From the IMG/VR virus record IMGVR_UViG_3300047548_001036, positions 64,001 to 114,568 of that record: a stretch of DNA of 50,568 nt. One strand, 5' to 3'. The position numbers and the translations under genes were made by a program. The DNA comes from a virus (lineage: Duplodnaviria; Heunggongvirae; Uroviricota; Caudoviricetes). Positions 20,224 through 29,032 of the stretch are shown piece after piece (the stretch's first letter is position 1; each line of letters starts with the position of its first letter). Under the pieces are notes generated by a model that did not search any database, was not told where the DNA came from, and saw only the letters and a list, made by a program, of their open reading frames with translations.

Positions 20224-21159
20224 ATGAAGAAAAAATATTATTTTATGGCAGGACTGCCGCGTAGTGGCAGCACAATGCTATCTGCAATTCTTAACCAGAA
20301 TCCTAGATTCTACTCGGGACCTAGTTCTCCTGTTGTACCAACTATGTTAGCAATTGAACAATCGCTAGGACAGGATGAACTTTTTAATGCATTTCCAAAA
20401 ATGGAGTTTGCCAGTAACCTTATCAAATCCGTACTGGAGCAATATTATTCCGATACAGATAAACCAGTAATTTTTGAAAAAAATAGAAGCTGGGTTAATA
20501 GAATGGAATACATTCGAGGATATTTTGGTATTGAAAACGCCAAAGTACTATATCCAGTCAGGGATATTTCAGAAATATTGGCATCATTTATATCCATGAT
20601 AAAACGAAACCCAACCATTGTTAATGGAAGGTTAAACTTTATCGACCAAGCACTGGTACAGCAAGGCATTCCATTGACAGACGAAAATCGTTGCAAAGCA
20701 CTGGCAAATGGTGGAATACTAGGACAATCATACGAAGGTTTGAAAAAGGCATTAACTGAAGGGTACCGCAATAACATTCACTTTATTGAATATAAAGATT
20801 TGGTCAATAACCCAAGAGAGACTATGAAAAAAGTCTACGAGTTTCTTGGAGAGTCCTACTATCATCATGATTTTAAGAACTTAAAAAATATTCACCAAGA
20901 GGATGATGCAAGGATTTACGGATTTAACGACATGCACACGGTTAGGCCCTTAGTTAAATCTACTGCAGAATCTCCCGAAGATGTATTGCCTATGTCTATA
21001 ATTGAGGCTTCACGTGGTACTGAATTCTGGAGAGAATTCGTGGATACACCCCTGACCGAAGAAACTGATACTGTGGAGTCTGAAGTAACCAGTACGATAA
21101 ATAAACAGATGTTTTTCGGTGAAGTTATCGAAGACTTAAATGATTCTAGATTTATTTAA
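20224..21159 (+). CDS. PAPS-dependent sulfotransferase, RaxST/TPST-like (Sulfotransfer_3 type)
   Basis: 5'-PSB loop 'FMAGLPRSGSTML', then 'LNQNP', 'SPV', 'KNRSW', 'VRDISEILASF', 'YKDLVNNP..M.KVYEFL..HDF' and 'EFW'. Confidence 0.85.
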   Translation: MKKKYYFMAGLPRSGSTMLSAILNQNPRFYSGPSSPVVPTMLAIEQSLGQDELFNAFPKMEFASNLIKSVLEQYYSDTDKPVIFEKNRSWVNRMEYIRGYFGIENAKVLYPVRDISEILASFISMIKRNPTIVNGRLNFIDQALVQQGIPLTDENRCKALANGGILGQSYEGLKKALTEGYRNNIHFIEYKDLVNNPRETMKKVYEFLGESYYHHDFKNLKNIHQEDDARIYGFNDMHTVRPLVKSTAESPEDVLPMSIIEASRGTEFWREFVDTPLTEETDTVESEVTSTINKQMFFGEVIEDLNDSRFI

Positions 21160-21173
21160 CAAGGAGATTTAAA

Positions 21174-21449
21174 ATGGAAGAAACAAGACAGCGTACTTTA
21201 GAAGAAATTCAAGGAACTATTAGAGCAGCACGAGACAGTGTCTGGGTTGTCAACGATACACTTGCTAAACTTGCTGAAGGTGCCGCATCCAATAACGAAT
21301 TAAAGGGTAACCTTGAGCGTAATGTTGGTCATTTAAAACTAGTAGTAGCTGATCCAGAAATTATCGCGTCAAACGAAGATATAGCAGACTTACATACAGC
21401 TATAGCAGCTGGCGAAGCTAAACTAGCTGAAGCAATTTGGCCTGCATAA
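21174..21449 (+). CDS. Hypothetical helical protein
   Basis: 91 aa with an AAGGAG SD; no family recognised. Confidence 0.65.
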   Translation: MEETRQRTLEEIQGTIRAARDSVWVVNDTLAKLAEGAASNNELKGNLERNVGHLKLVVADPEIIASNEDIADLHTAIAAGEAKLAEAIWPA

Positions 21450-21467
21450 TCATAATTACTTTAATAT

Positions 21468-21980
21468 ATGAGCGAACGAATCTTAATTATGGGGCTGCCC
21501 GGAGCAGGTAAAACTTTTTTTGCAGAAAGGCTCAAGAAGTACATAGAAACATACTCTGTAAACTATGACTTTCCCTTACATTTAAAAGTTACGCAAGAGA
21601 TGCCGGTTTTACATAAATGGGAAGCCACGGTGAAATGGTTTAATGCTGATGAGATTCGTAAAGAGTATAATGATTGGGACTTCAGCAACGAAGGGCGTAT
21701 TCGACAAAGTTTGCGTATGTTTAACTTTGCAATGAAGTCCACCACAGACTACGTCATCTGCGACTTCGTTGCTCCTCTTACTGAGATGAGAAATAATTTT
21801 AAAGCAGATTGGACTATTTGGATTGACACCATCAAACAAAGCCGGTTTGAAGATACGAACAAAGTTTTCGAGCCTCCTTCCAAGTATGACTTTAGAATTA
21901 CTGAACAAAATGCAGATAAATGGGTACCAATCGTAGCCAACTACATATTAAGTAATCAAAGGCCTAACATTCAGAGTTAA
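21468..21980 (+). CDS. Adenylylsulfate (APS) kinase-like P-loop protein
   Basis: Walker A 'IMGLPGAGKT', then 'WFNADEIR', 'DFS.EGRIRQ', 'ICDFVAP' and 'FEPP' motifs of the CysC-like family. Confidence 0.75.
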   Translation: MSERILIMGLPGAGKTFFAERLKKYIETYSVNYDFPLHLKVTQEMPVLHKWEATVKWFNADEIRKEYNDWDFSNEGRIRQSLRMFNFAMKSTTDYVICDFVAPLTEMRNNFKADWTIWIDTIKQSRFEDTNKVFEPPSKYDFRITEQNADKWVPIVANYILSNQRPNIQS

Positions 21981-22032
21981 AAACCTGTACTGATGTTAGT
22001 CTAGATACCTCAACCTATGCTTTAAATACTTT

Positions 22033-22059
22033 AGGACTGCAATGCAGTCCTTTATTTTT
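22033..22059 (+). terminator. Intrinsic terminator closing the modification operon
   Basis: AGGACTGC-aat-GCAGTCCT stem followed by TTTATTTTT. Confidence 0.75.
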
Positions 22060-22075
22060 GGCGTAAGGAATTTCC

Positions 22076-23572
22076 ATGGAGATATTAAAAGAATATGTTA
22101 TAACCCTTTATCATTTGAGCGAATTAGAGGAATTCTATAATGATATGGAAACTCTTCGACCAACTCTTTATAACTGTATGCCCGAAAGGTCAATAGTCAT
22201 AGCCTTAAGAAGGCCCTTAAGTCGAAATACACACTACTGGCTATATGATTACGAAGTAGAAGGACTAAGAAAGGATCCTAGAATTGCTGCGATAAATTTA
22301 AAACCCGTAGAACTAGGAATGAAGGTTCGCCGATTATGGACGGAGACCAGTGACGAGTGGAATAAATCTAGTACCGTCAAAGCCAGTCACAAAAATTGGG
22401 GATTACTGCGAGTAATTGAAGGAGCACAAAGAGAAGGATGGGGTTCCGATAATATCCCAAATCAATCTGCAAGTATATCCCTAACAGAAGAAGGACGAAA
22501 TGTTGATATAATCATTGTCGACGGACACATTGATCCAGAACATCCAGAATTTGATAATCGTGTTAAACAGTTAGACTGGAATACTTTAACGGCAGATGTG
22601 TTAGGCATAGACAATGACTTTGCTGGAGGGTTAAGCAGTAAATATGTGTACGCATTTTATACCGGAAAAGAAGATAATAATCATGCAACACATGTTGCGG
22701 GGATTGCTGCGGGTAATAGCCAGGGGTGGGCAAGAAGTGCAAATATCTATAACATTAGTCCATATGATAGTAATCCCAATAAAGTAAGCGAACTAATCAT
22801 AATGGATTATATACGAGCGTTTCATAGAAATAAAGAAATAAATCCAGACACAGGATATAAAACCCCCACTATTGTCAATAACAGTTGGGGATATAACTAT
22901 GAAATTTACTTGGATAATGATCCTGTTTTAAATGTAATATATCAAGGTAACTATATAGAAGGACCATTTACAGAGTATGAGTTACAAAATTACGGAATAT
23001 TCATAGATAATGGTGTATGTTATGCGCCGGCTTCGTATATTGCTGTCGACGCCGATGTTGAAGATGCTATCTCCGAAGGGATTATTGTGGTAGGGGCAGC
23101 TGGAAACGAAGGTACTAAAATTGATTTACACGGTGGCATTGATTACAACAATTGCTTCACCACCAAAAAAGTAGGCACTGTATTTTATAATAGAGGAAGC
23201 AGTCCCGGTAAAGCAGTAGGTAGCATATGTGTAGGTAGCATCGATGCACTAAGTACAGAATACAAAGCAATATATAGTAATTGCGGTCCTAGAGTTGATA
23301 TATTTGCACCTGGAACAAACATTATTAGCAGTACGATAAGCGGCGGAGTTCCTGACCCTAGAGGTAACGGATTTTTAGACAAATACAGCGGCACTAGCAT
23401 GGCGTGCCCACAAGTATGTGGTCTATTGGCTTGTGCATTAGAACTAAATCCAACTATGACACCTGAAGGCGCATTGAATTATTTAATTGAGCATTCAAAA
23501 CATAATCAAATCACAGACGACACCTATCTCAGAAGCCTTCAAGGTGCACCTAATAGATACCTGGCACGGTAA
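22076..23572 (+). CDS. Subtilisin-like serine protease (peptidase S8)
   Basis: Catalytic triad motifs 'IIVDGHID', 'NHATHVAGIAAG' and 'GTSMACPQV'; oxyanion 'AAGNE'; N-terminal propeptide-like region. Confidence 0.9.
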   Translation: MEILKEYVITLYHLSELEEFYNDMETLRPTLYNCMPERSIVIALRRPLSRNTHYWLYDYEVEGLRKDPRIAAINLKPVELGMKVRRLWTETSDEWNKSSTVKASHKNWGLLRVIEGAQREGWGSDNIPNQSASISLTEEGRNVDIIIVDGHIDPEHPEFDNRVKQLDWNTLTADVLGIDNDFAGGLSSKYVYAFYTGKEDNNHATHVAGIAAGNSQGWARSANIYNISPYDSNPNKVSELIIMDYIRAFHRNKEINPDTGYKTPTIVNNSWGYNYEIYLDNDPVLNVIYQGNYIEGPFTEYELQNYGIFIDNGVCYAPASYIAVDADVEDAISEGIIVVGAAGNEGTKIDLHGGIDYNNCFTTKKVGTVFYNRGSSPGKAVGSICVGSIDALSTEYKAIYSNCGPRVDIFAPGTNIISSTISGGVPDPRGNGFLDKYSGTSMACPQVCGLLACALELNPTMTPEGALNYLIEHSKHNQITDDTYLRSLQGAPNRYLAR

Positions 23573-23585
23573 ATATCGTTAAGTC

Positions 23586-23593
23586 TATAAATA
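23586..23593 (+). promoter_or_regulatory. Perfect T4 late-promoter consensus TATAAATA
   Basis: TATAAATA 5 nt upstream of the ATG at 23599; no SD. Confidence 0.65.
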
Positions 23594-23598
23594 AACAT

Positions 23599-23928
23599 AT
23601 GAGAGCAAACGAAATTATTAGAGGCTTATTGGACCTTTTAGATGCTATTGATGGGACAAATGACCACGAATTAGATTCTGAAAGTGGAATTGCTGTTATA
23701 GAGCCGCAGCCCATGTCGTTAGATTCTGAAATTAACAGATTCAAGCAAATAGCTGGAATATTAAGTCACGAACCAGAGTGTGCAGATTTTGCCAATGAAC
23801 CAGACGAAGTGTACTTAAATATTAGTTCAGTTACAACAAATGCTGGCGGAGGTATTAATGGTCCTAAACATCCCACTGATCTTAGAGTAAAAGATCCTAG
23901 CATTTACCCTAATCAACAGGAGTTTTAA
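23599..23928 (+). CDS. Hypothetical acidic protein with an MRxxEI leader
   Basis: 109-aa ORF downstream of a late-promoter motif. Confidence 0.7.
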   Translation: MRANEIIRGLLDLLDAIDGTNDHELDSESGIAVIEPQPMSLDSEINRFKQIAGILSHEPECADFANEPDEVYLNISSVTTNAGGGINGPKHPTDLRVKDPSIYPNQQEF

Positions 23929-23930
23929 TT

Positions 23931-24134
23931 ATGGCTGCAAATGGCATCAGTACATTGCCTACCAAGCAAGATCGTCAAGAAGCAAAGTTGGCATTGGCTG
24001 CAACCAAGCGTGCAGCAAACGGACGTAGGGCTACCCTTGATCTTACACAATTGCCTACCGTGTATCAAGGCAATACAGTAATAGATAACCCTAATAGTTC
24101 AGGGTTGATAACCGGCAGACCGTGGGTTGAATAA
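23931..24134 (+). CDS. Small hypothetical phage protein
   Basis: 67 aa; AGGAG SD; stop overlaps the next start. Confidence 0.7.
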   Translation: MAANGISTLPTKQDRQEAKLALAATKRAANGRRATLDLTQLPTVYQGNTVIDNPNSSGLITGRPWVE

Positions 24135-25474
24135 TGGGTGTTAGAAATCGTAACTCTACTAACTATGTGCATGTAGATGAATCTAATCTATTGAACCTGC
24201 ACAAGGCCATGGACTATAACGCAGCAGGGCAGCCTATTCTTAGAACATCCAGTCAGTTCAATGGTGCAACAGTAGATGCATTTAATAGATTAAGGGTTAG
24301 TAATCCTGCTACACTTTTTGATAGTCAACAAATTCATGTCGAAAGTCACGAATTTACAACAGTTCTAACTGGTGGCGCTACCAAAGTTTACAATCCAAAT
24401 GAAAGCGCAGTTCTTTTAACAACCGGAACTGCAGTGGGTGATCAAGCAGTTCGCCAAACTGACCGTGTAATGCCTTACCAGCCAGGTAAGAGCTTATTGG
24501 TATTCAATACATTTGTATTTAACACACCTAAATCAGGACTCAGGCAGCGTGCTGGATATTTTGATGAAGATAATGGCATTTATTTAGAATCAGACGGCAC
24601 AACTATTTACATTGTTTTACGTAGTAAAACTTCTGGGACTGTAGTAGAGCGTAGGGTAGAGCAGTCAGATTGGAACGTGGATAAATTTGACGGCACTGGC
24701 TTGAGTGCTAATGCTACTGATAGAGGTAAGGATATTCCTACACTTGACATTAGTAAAACTAATATCATGTGGATGGATATCGAATGGTTAGGAGTGGGCG
24801 ATGTGCGTGTTGGGTTCGTTGTCGATGGTGCACCTATGGTGGCACATATATTCCACAATGACAATCGAAATACCGCAGTTTATATGCAAACAGCCTGTTT
24901 GCCGTTACGCTTTGAAATTACAAATGTAACAGCACAGTCTACATCAAGCACTATGAAACAAATCTGTGCATCAGTGATGTCTGAGGGCGGGTTTAACTTG
25001 CAAGGTCCTATAGCAGGATGCGGTAGGGGATTTACTATAGCAACGGCCTATAACTTATCAGCCGCAGGAACAGAATATCCTGTTATTGCATTTAGACTAA
25101 GAGAAGACAGAAAGTACAGTGTGGTTATCCCTAAATCTTTTACCATATTTGCTCCAGGAAACAAGTCAGTATCTTATCGAGTTTGGATCGGAGCAACAGT
25201 TACCGGCGGAACTTGGGAGTCTAGACCTAGTGATAGTGCTGTAGAATTTAATATAGGTGTAACTGATATGAATACTACTAACGGACGTTTGGTACAAGGC
25301 GGTTTTGTTGTTAATGCATCATCGGAAGCTGTGGGAACTGGAAATATTGACAATTTACACTATCAATTACAATACCATCAAGACGGCACACGGCCTATAA
25401 TACTGTTATCAGCTATACCAACTGAAAACAATGTGGGTATTTTAAGCAAAGCAGATTGGGTAGAATTAGTATGA
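24134..25474 (+). CDS. Virion structural protein, paralogue of the 9794..12796 core
   Basis: 'DAFNRLRVSNP.TLFDS', 'RQT...YQPGK', 'WNVDKFDGTG', 'LDISKTNI.WMDIEWLGVG.VR.GF' and 'YMQTA.LPLRFEI'. Confidence 0.75.
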   Translation: MGVRNRNSTNYVHVDESNLLNLHKAMDYNAAGQPILRTSSQFNGATVDAFNRLRVSNPATLFDSQQIHVESHEFTTVLTGGATKVYNPNESAVLLTTGTAVGDQAVRQTDRVMPYQPGKSLLVFNTFVFNTPKSGLRQRAGYFDEDNGIYLESDGTTIYIVLRSKTSGTVVERRVEQSDWNVDKFDGTGLSANATDRGKDIPTLDISKTNIMWMDIEWLGVGDVRVGFVVDGAPMVAHIFHNDNRNTAVYMQTACLPLRFEITNVTAQSTSSTMKQICASVMSEGGFNLQGPIAGCGRGFTIATAYNLSAAGTEYPVIAFRLREDRKYSVVIPKSFTIFAPGNKSVSYRVWIGATVTGGTWESRPSDSAVEFNIGVTDMNTTNGRLVQGGFVVNASSEAVGTGNIDNLHYQLQYHQDGTRPIILLSAIPTENNVGILSKADWVELV

Positions 25475-25896
25475 CATACAGAAAATACATTACCATTGTT
25501 GAAGCAGCCAACAAAGGATGTCCCATTGCTACCTATGACATAGATATTAATTTAAAGAATAGACAAAAAGCCATAGACGACTATCACTATGGCCCTGCAA
25601 ACCCTGATAAACCTGGAAGCTATTGGAAAGATGCTGCTAAAGTCTGGAGCATTGACGGAAAAACTGCTCAAACAATGCGTTGCGGAAACTGTTCTGCATT
25701 TGATGTTTCAGACAAGATGTGGAAATGTATCGAAGACGGTATCAAAGGCACTGAGGCATCGGTGGACGGTCTGGCTAGTATTCACAAAGCGGATCTAGGA
25801 TACTGTAATTTCTTACATTTTAAATGTGCAGGAACTCGCAGTTGCAAAGCCTGGATACACGGCGGATCAATTGACAATAAGGATCGTACAAAATGA
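25471..25896 (+). CDS. Cys-rich hypothetical protein
   Basis: The more likely start is the ATG at 25471, overlapping the upstream TGA. Motifs 'CGNCSAF', 'GYCNFLHFKCAGTRSC.AW' suggest metal binding. Confidence 0.7.
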   Translation: MTYRKYITIVEAANKGCPIATYDIDINLKNRQKAIDDYHYGPANPDKPGSYWKDAAKVWSIDGKTAQTMRCGNCSAFDVSDKMWKCIEDGIKGTEASVDGLASIHKADLGYCNFLHFKCAGTRSCKAWIHGGSIDNKDRTK

Positions 25897-26447
25897 GACT
25901 GAGAGAACTTATAGAAGGGCAGTTTCGATCAAAAGACATAGAAGAGTTTAAACCTTCTAACAACGATCTAGACGAGTTAAAGTCAAAATACCTGCCAGAT
26001 TGGGAAATGTTAGACCATAGGGATATACAGGCCAAATATGTCGCCAAGGATCATCGCCACGCAGAAAAGTTTGTTATCTGGATCAACAGACTTAGCGAAA
26101 AAATGGATCACTTTGCCGAAGTCACACAAGACGTAGCAGAAGTTACTGTAAAAACTAGTACATTTGATGTTAAAGGGCTAACTATTTTAGATTTTCAACT
26201 AGCTCTATATGTTGATGCATATGCTGAAAAAAATGATATAGAACAAGTTAGAATGTCTGGAAATTTTGGAATGCATGAAAATTTTGCAGACGGCAAGAAA
26301 CCTGGAAGGAAAGGACTAGCAAAGCGTAGCGGAGTGAACTGTAAAGCCAGTGTAACCCAACTTAGAAAAGTTGCTAAAAATAGCAGCGGGGAACGTCAAA
26401 GAATGGCGCACCAGTGCGCCAATATGAAATCGGGGAAAAGAAAATGA
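25893..26447 (+). CDS. Pterin-4-alpha-carbinolamine dehydratase-like domain plus a basic C-terminal domain
   Basis: 'W...I.AKY..KD...A.KFV.WIN.L.EKMDHF..V......V.VKTSTFDV.GLT..DFQLA..VD' resembles the PCD/PhhB fold; C-terminus 'ENFADGKKPGRKG...'. Confidence 0.6.
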   Translation: MRLRELIEGQFRSKDIEEFKPSNNDLDELKSKYLPDWEMLDHRDIQAKYVAKDHRHAEKFVIWINRLSEKMDHFAEVTQDVAEVTVKTSTFDVKGLTILDFQLALYVDAYAEKNDIEQVRMSGNFGMHENFADGKKPGRKGLAKRSGVNCKASVTQLRKVAKNSSGERQRMAHQCANMKSGKRK

Positions 26448-27418
26448 GACTCAGAGATTTAATTCTAGAAGATTGGCAAAAAGCCAATAAAAGCGATAAG
26501 ACTGATGGTATGAGCCAAAAAGCAGTCGATACCTATCGTCGAGAAAATCCAGGTAGCAAACTAAAAACTGCAGTTACCAAAGATCCTAGTAAATTGAAAA
26601 AAGGAAGCAAGGATGCTAAACGTCGTAGTAGCTTTTGTGCTAGATCAAACGGGCAGCGTAAGATGCATAATATCGATTGCTCCAAGACCCCAGACAAAGC
26701 TATATGCAAGGCACGTAGTCGTTGGAATTGCGAAGAAAGTATTCAAATTTCAGAGGGTCCGGATATTAGATCAACCTTGGCTGCAGTATTAAATGATATT
26801 GGTGAACCTGTGCAACTACTGTATGTTACACTAAAAAATATGGCGGAAAAATATGTAGAAAATAACGGAGAACTAGAAGGATTTGGTCTGGTTGCCGGTG
26901 GCGCAGCAAAACGCTGGTACGACCAATTCTACTTTAACAGGTTGGGTAAAGAGCTAAGACACTTAACGCAACAAGCACCTAAATATAGCGCACCACTTAA
27001 CAATTTCTTATCAGGAATGCCTAAAAACTTTTCAGCAATTGCAAAAGAACTGCCGGAAATACTAATGGCCATGGGCAAGAAAATGGGCAATAAAGAGTTA
27101 GAAGAAAAGGCGGCTGCATGGATTCGAACAAAAGCACAATATGAAAGGTTCTTAGCTAATTTAGAAAGCCAGGGAGACGACGACGATAATGTTTCTGCTG
27201 TCAGATCCAAGGAAAAGGATAGTAAAGCAACAGTCGGCGCGCAGGCAGATCAAGCAGAAAAGTTAGTAGCTGATATACTAAAATCTTTACCAGGTAGTGT
27301 TGCTGGCGAAATTAGAAATGCCATAGCCCGTAGTCCGAATAAGTTACTTGCGTTACAACAAGAGCTTGCCAAACGTAAGCTTACTCCTAAATTCGAAGGA
27401 ATTAAACGTTTAAAATAA
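26444..27418 (+). CDS. Hypothetical multi-domain protein (RRxSFCAR...RWNC basic domain)
   Basis: The more likely start is the ATG at 26444 (MRLRDLILE), overlapping the upstream TGA. 'KRRSSFCARSNG...KARSRWNC' resembles a phage DUF (recalled as DUF6321-like). Confidence 0.7.
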   Translation: MRLRDLILEDWQKANKSDKTDGMSQKAVDTYRRENPGSKLKTAVTKDPSKLKKGSKDAKRRSSFCARSNGQRKMHNIDCSKTPDKAICKARSRWNCEESIQISEGPDIRSTLAAVLNDIGEPVQLLYVTLKNMAEKYVENNGELEGFGLVAGGAAKRWYDQFYFNRLGKELRHLTQQAPKYSAPLNNFLSGMPKNFSAIAKELPEILMAMGKKMGNKELEEKAAAWIRTKAQYERFLANLESQGDDDDNVSAVRSKEKDSKATVGAQADQAEKLVADILKSLPGSVAGEIRNAIARSPNKLLALQQELAKRKLTPKFEGIKRLK

Positions 27419-27435
27419 CCTAAATAACTTTTAAA

Positions 27436-28053
27436 ATGTTTAAGAGAAAAGATTATAAATTTATATCTAACCCCACTTGCACAAAAGCAGTTGACAATTT
27501 GGTATCAGAAGACTTCAGATGGTATGATAAAGACGGATTTGAACTCAACGACGCCGAACATCAGTATTATCATGCCATGCATTATCCGGTAGATTATGGC
27601 ATTTTAAATCACACCAGTTGGCAAGAACCATGGTTTGAAATCGAAGAAAACGATCATTTGATATTGGATCATAGTACATTTTTATGTAGATGTAACTATG
27701 GGGGCGCTGCATTAGATCAACTGAGAGAATTAGGCAATACCATACCTAACGCTAAATGGTTATCCAATACGAAAGTTAAATGGGGGTTTGACTTTGCACT
27801 AGATGCAGTCGCTGATAAACAAATATACGAAGTATTACATATCGAATACGATTCTAGAAACTTTGATCAGTTTAGCGAAGAAATTATTAGAACAGAGTAC
27901 GTGATACGCCATACTGACTGGGAAGATGCTGCCGCTAGAGTATGGAATCAACGTAATCACTGGCAAGGATTATCAGGATTTGCGCAAAATCACTGGAAAG
28001 CAAAATACCTACTAGGTTGGAACCTTTCTGAGGTTACTGAAAAATCAATCTAA
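27436..28053 (+). CDS. Conserved phage hypothetical protein
   Basis: 205-aa ORF preceded by TAAATA (27421-27426) and followed by a terminator. Confidence 0.75.
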   Translation: MFKRKDYKFISNPTCTKAVDNLVSEDFRWYDKDGFELNDAEHQYYHAMHYPVDYGILNHTSWQEPWFEIEENDHLILDHSTFLCRCNYGGAALDQLRELGNTIPNAKWLSNTKVKWGFDFALDAVADKQIYEVLHIEYDSRNFDQFSEEIIRTEYVIRHTDWEDAAARVWNQRNHWQGLSGFAQNHWKAKYLLGWNLSEVTEKSI

Positions 28054-28056
28054 GAA

Positions 28057-28083
28057 AAAGGCACTCTTCGGAGTGCCTTTCCT
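28057..28083. terminator. Bidirectional terminator with a cUUCGg tetraloop
   Basis: AAAGGCACTC-TTCG-GAGTGCCTTT between convergent genes; A run before and T run after. Confidence 0.85.
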
Positions 28084-28114
28084 TTATATAAGGCCTTATA
28101 GGCGATAAATTATA

Positions 28115-28408
28115 TTATTTTTTTGTATTTTGATTAACAAATGCATAAAACTTTTCAGCAGCCGCTAGTACCTGGTCAACACCGGGAACAGTCGGCATTT
28201 CAACCTTAGTAACAACTTCTTGACCTTCTTTGCTGATAGAAGTGTAAAATGCACCCCATTTAGCTTGGTAGTCTTGCCAAAGTTGATTCTGAGCCATTTC
28301 AAGCATGTGTGCTCGGATCTCATAACCATTTTTATTAAAACTAACTTGCGGAACAAGCTGCTTCATTTTTTCTGCGGTATCATTAAATTGCTTAGTAAAA
28401 TCAGTCAT
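28115..28408 (-). CDS. Conserved phage hypothetical protein
   Basis: 97 aa with an AGGAGA SD; 'KNGYEIR...LEMA...A.KFY.FVN' motif; last gene of the antisense cassette. Confidence 0.75.
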   Translation of the reverse strand: MTDFTKQFNDTAEKMKQLVPQVSFNKNGYEIRAHMLEMAQNQLWQDYQAKWGAFYTSISKEGQEVVTKVEMPTVPGVDQVLAAAEKFYAFVNQNTKK

Positions 28409-28470
28409 ATTTTTCTCCTATGTGTGTGTATGACATACTGTAATTAGTACAGTATCTATTATATATCCTT

Positions 28471-29031
28471 TTACGCTAAATGTATAGCGGTTTTGAGCAT
28501 TTTATTTGCTCTTTTTGCCATCCAATCTAGTACCGCTAAATTTTGATCGGTGGCTTCGGAAATAAACGTGTCTATTCCGGCATGCTCGAACTCAAACTTA
28601 GCCAAAACTTCCCCATGCGCTTGATTCATTTTCATACCATATTTTTTGCAGAGGTGACGGATAGCTCTGTTAGAGGATAGGCAGATCATATTGCCATGTA
28701 AGACACCATGTGTCCTGCACCATTGTATGCACCGACGCATTAACATGTTACCTATACCTTGACCTTGATGTTGCTTTAGAACACTGAATGCTAGCTCCAT
28801 CTCATCAGACAGTGCAATGTGACCAACTGCTAAAAATTCTAGATCATCTCCTTCTATACAAAATAGAATATGATGGTCTTTATCCGATTCAATGTTATCA
28901 TATATTCGATCTATGGCATCGTCGGTTACAAAAGACCCAAATCTAAGATATTTAGAATCAGTATCTAAAGCTTTCAGATGCGTTCTATATTTTGCGTATT
29001 CGTGCGGTAACACTCTTCGAACAATATGCAT
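28471..29031 (-). CDS. GNAT-family N-acetyltransferase
   Basis: 'YLRFG', 'ELAFSV...HQGQGIGNMLMRR' (acetyl-CoA-binding QxxGxG) and 'N.AI..LC.K.G'. Confidence 0.85.
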   Translation of the reverse strand: MHIVRRVLPHEYAKYRTHLKALDTDSKYLRFGSFVTDDAIDRIYDNIESDKDHHILFCIEGDDLEFLAVGHIALSDEMELAFSVLKQHQGQGIGNMLMRRCIQWCRTHGVLHGNMICLSSNRAIRHLCKKYGMKMNQAHGEVLAKFEFEHAGIDTFISEATDQNLAVLDWMAKRANKMLKTAIHLA

Positions 29032-29032
29032 A

